DNA from: Desulfomicrobium sp.
GTDB lineage: Bacteria > Desulfobacterota > Desulfovibrionia > Desulfovibrionales > Desulfomicrobiaceae
Direction: 5' to 3'
Assembly: GCA_040768745.1 (NCBI GenBank)
Contig: JAXGMI010000002.1
Location: 576,001 to 640,000, forward strand
DNA length: 64,000 bases
The notes beneath the pieces are model-generated. The model did no database searches, was not told where the DNA came from, and saw nothing but the letters and a program-made list of their open reading frames with translations. Positions within the stretch are counted from its first letter, which is position 1, and each line of letters begins with the position of its first letter. Of the stretch, positions 61,838 through 64,000 are shown in pieces. The position numbers and the translations under genes are program-made.

Positions 61838-62847
61838 AGGATATTCGCAAACACGCTCGGGACCTGATGAGCGGGTATTGCCGGGTCTGCCCCGTCTGCA
61901 ACGGGAAGGCCTGTGCTGGGGAAGTGCCCGGCATGGGTGGACTGGGCACGGGATCGGCGTTCATGGCCAATGTCGCGGCCCTGGCCCGGTACACCTTCAA
62001 CATGCGTCTTGTGCATGAGATCAGCGAGCCTGACACCCGCGTTTCTCTCCTCGGCCTGGATCTCTCCCTGCCTGTGCTGGCCGCGCCCATCGGAGGCGTG
62101 TCCTTCAACATGGGCGGCAAGCGCACCGAAGAGGAATACATCACCGCCATCATTGACGGCTGCAGGCAGTGTGGCACTATCGGCTGCACCGGTGACGGTG
62201 TGCCGCCCTTCATCCACGAGGCCGGATTTGCTGCCATCTCCAGGGCCCAAGGATGGGGCATACCGTTCATCAAACCCTGGGAGGACAAGGAGCTCTATGA
62301 CAAGCTCGCCAAGGCCAGGGATTGCGGGGCAGTGGCCATCGGGATGGACATCGATGCCGCCGGACTGATCACCCTGCGCAAGATGGGCCGGCCAGTCACG
62401 CCCAAGTCCTTGGATGCATTGCGGCAAATCGTCGCCAAAGTGGGCACGAAATTCATTCTCAAAGGCGTCATGACCGTGCAGGACGCCGAAATGGCCCTGG
62501 AGGCCGGGACGGACGCCATCGTCGTGTCCAACCACGGCGGCCGGGTGCTGGACCATACCCCTGGGACAGCCGAAGTGCTGCCCGGGATCGCCGGACGCCT
62601 GAAAGGCAAAATGGACATCCTGGTGGACGGAGGCGTGCGCACAGGGGCAGACGTGCTGAAGATGCTGGCCCTGGGCGCCGATGCAGTCCTCATCGGGCGG
62701 CCTTTCAGCATTTGCGCCATGGGCGGCCTGACCGACGGAGTGGCGGCCTTCATCGAATCCCTGCGCACGGAGCTCATGCAGGCCATGGTCATGACCGGCA
62801 CGCCCAGCGTGGACAAGGTTTCGGACCGCATCCTGTACCGCAGCTGA
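61834..62847 (+). CDS. FMN-dependent alpha-hydroxy-acid dehydrogenase with N-terminal Cys cluster
   Basis: VVSNHGGR, DGGVRTG.D..K.LALGA, N-terminal CRVCPVCNGKAC. Confidence 0.9.
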   Translation: MKDIRKHARDLMSGYCRVCPVCNGKACAGEVPGMGGLGTGSAFMANVAALARYTFNMRLVHEISEPDTRVSLLGLDLSLPVLAAPIGGVSFNMGGKRTEEEYITAIIDGCRQCGTIGCTGDGVPPFIHEAGFAAISRAQGWGIPFIKPWEDKELYDKLAKARDCGAVAIGMDIDAAGLITLRKMGRPVTPKSLDALRQIVAKVGTKFILKGVMTVQDAEMALEAGTDAIVVSNHGGRVLDHTPGTAEVLPGIAGRLKGKMDILVDGGVRTGADVLKMLALGADAVLIGRPFSICAMGGLTDGVAAFIESLRTELMQAMVMTGTPSVDKVSDRILYRS

Positions 62848-62899
62848 CCTGAAGTGAACGCTGAAAAAACGAACGGGCCGCATCCGGCCCGTCCGCGCT

Positions 62900-63202
62900 T
62901 CATTCGACGTATTTGAGCCCTGTTTCGTAAACAGGCAGACCCCGCTCGGGAATCTTTCTGGTCCAGCACACGGCCATCAGGTAGCGCTCGAATTCCCCCA
63001 GGGAATCCCTGTCCGGACTGTATCCTTCCAGGGAGAGTTCCAGCCGGACGCCATCCTCAATGGGGGTGCGGGTCCTCAGACACAGGCCGCCATCGCCGTA
63101 ATTGATCAGCCTGGCGTAGAATGTCTGCTTTTCCCCTGCGTAGGTGTATCGCACCGGGACGAGACAGCCCTTGCGGATGTGGATCCGCTTGTTTTCAGAC
63201 AT
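62900..63202 (-). CDS. PilZ-domain protein
   Basis: RIHIR (RxxxR) and NYGDGG (D/NxSxxG-like) motifs. Confidence 0.7.
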   Translation of the reverse strand: MSENKRIHIRKGCLVPVRYTYAGEKQTFYARLINYGDGGLCLRTRTPIEDGVRLELSLEGYSPDRDSLGEFERYLMAVCWTRKIPERGLPVYETGLKYVE

Positions 63203-63396
63203 GGACAGTTCTCCGCTTTGCCCTGGACCACCAGTTCGGCATTGGTCCCATGTTGATCCTGTGGGTGGCACTTACCTCATTCCGCGCCAAGTCGCAAACT
63301 GGCAAAATGGGCAGCGCCCTGAAATTGTACTTGCCATTTGTCCGGGCCGACTATAATAACCGACTTCGCTTTCGGGCACACCCCATAAGCGCTCAT

Positions 63397-63473
63397 GGCG
63401 AGGTAGCTCAGACGGTTAGAGCATGCGGCTCATATCCGCAGTGTCGGGGGTTCAATTCCCTCCCTCGCTACCA
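63397..63473 (+). tRNA. tRNA-Met(CAT), elongator type
   Basis: GGCGAGGTAGCTCAGACGGTTAGAGCATGCGGCTCATATCCGCAGTGTCGGGGGTTCAATTCCCTCCCTCGCTACCA. Confidence 0.93.
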
Positions 63474-63482
63474 AATAAAGTA

Positions 63483-63516
63483 AAGGACTCCGGCCAGTTG
63501 GCCAGAGTCCTTTTTT
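63483..63516 (+). terminator. tRNA-Met intrinsic terminator
   Basis: AAGGACTCCGGCC-agtt-GGCCAGAGTCCTT + T run. Confidence 0.75.
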
Positions 63517-63644
63517 ATATTCTTTCCATTTGGTCAACCATTGCAGGCGGACGTTAGCGCGAGTGATCTCCTTTATTCCTATCGCTGGTTCTATCGCTGC
63601 CTCAGTCGCTGGCTCTATCCTCCTCCCATCCACCTCCCATCCCC

Positions 63645-64000
63645 TCACAAAAACCCGAACATCCACAGCGGAATCCTGCGCCCCACGCCTATCTCGATAT
63701 TGTCGAGGGCCAGCCAGGCGTTTTCCACCCCTTGTATCTGGCCGCCGTCCTTGCCTTTCCCGCCGATCTCGAAGGTCAGGCGGCCGTCGATCAGGAAATC
63801 ACCCTTGGGGGCAACCCTGACCGTGTGGTCCGCCTGCAGCATGCTCAGGAAGAACGTTTCGCGGACAGCGCCCCTGTCCGCTGCCGAATGGCCGGAAAGG
63901 GCATGGTAGAGATTGGGGTTGTTCAGATAGATCTTCTCGGGCTTCTCCATGGCGCGCAGGCCCTTGTCGCTCTTGGACACGGTCAGCAGAATGCCAGCCT
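63645..64000 (-). CDS. AAA+ ATPase/DUF4143 (COG1373-like) protein, C-terminal part
   Basis: KPEKIYLNNPNL, G.VRETFF, GDF, FEIGGKGK, IPLWMFGFL. Confidence 0.8.
   Translation of the reverse strand, partial: AGILLTVSKSDKGLRAMEKPEKIYLNNPNLYHALSGHSAADRGAVRETFFLSMLQADHTVRVAPKGDFLIDGRLTFEIGGKGKDGGQIQGVENAWLALDNIEIGVGRRIPLWMFGFL

Overview
GC-rich bacterial chromosome segment. Its gene content (TRAP and amino-acid ABC transporters, futalosine pathway, PaaK/ACT, LldR/LldD, sigma-54 regulator) suggests an anaerobic Desulfovibrionales-like organism; this is inference. About 21.6-63.5 kb is mostly housekeeping: ubiX, trpS, prlC, rbgA, manC, murA, htpG, ettA, glgP, msrB, mqnC, gpmI, rsfS, paaK, and four tRNAs counting the one at 21.5 kb (Arg-CCG, two tandem His-GTG, Met-CAT). 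The main accessory feature is a ~19 kb integrase-less defence island (~2.7-21.5 kb) that ends at the 3' end of tRNA-Arg(CCG). It carries a complete type 1 BREX locus (brxA-brxB-brxC-pglX-pglZ-brxL) with two toxin-like genes embedded on either side of pglX: a class II Fic AMPylase and an AT-rich HEPN RNase. pglX also has an AT-rich, apparently swapped specificity region. After BREX come a signal-peptide-bearing PD-(D/E)xK-like protein, an RTX/DUF4214 surface protein and two broken, oppositely oriented IS4-like copies. Smaller signals: a 33-bp near-copy of the tRNA-Met downstream hairpin inside the island, a Phe-rich leader peptide ahead of paaK-ACT, and a dual-start MsrB. All family assignments come from motif recognition by eye; no database search was run.
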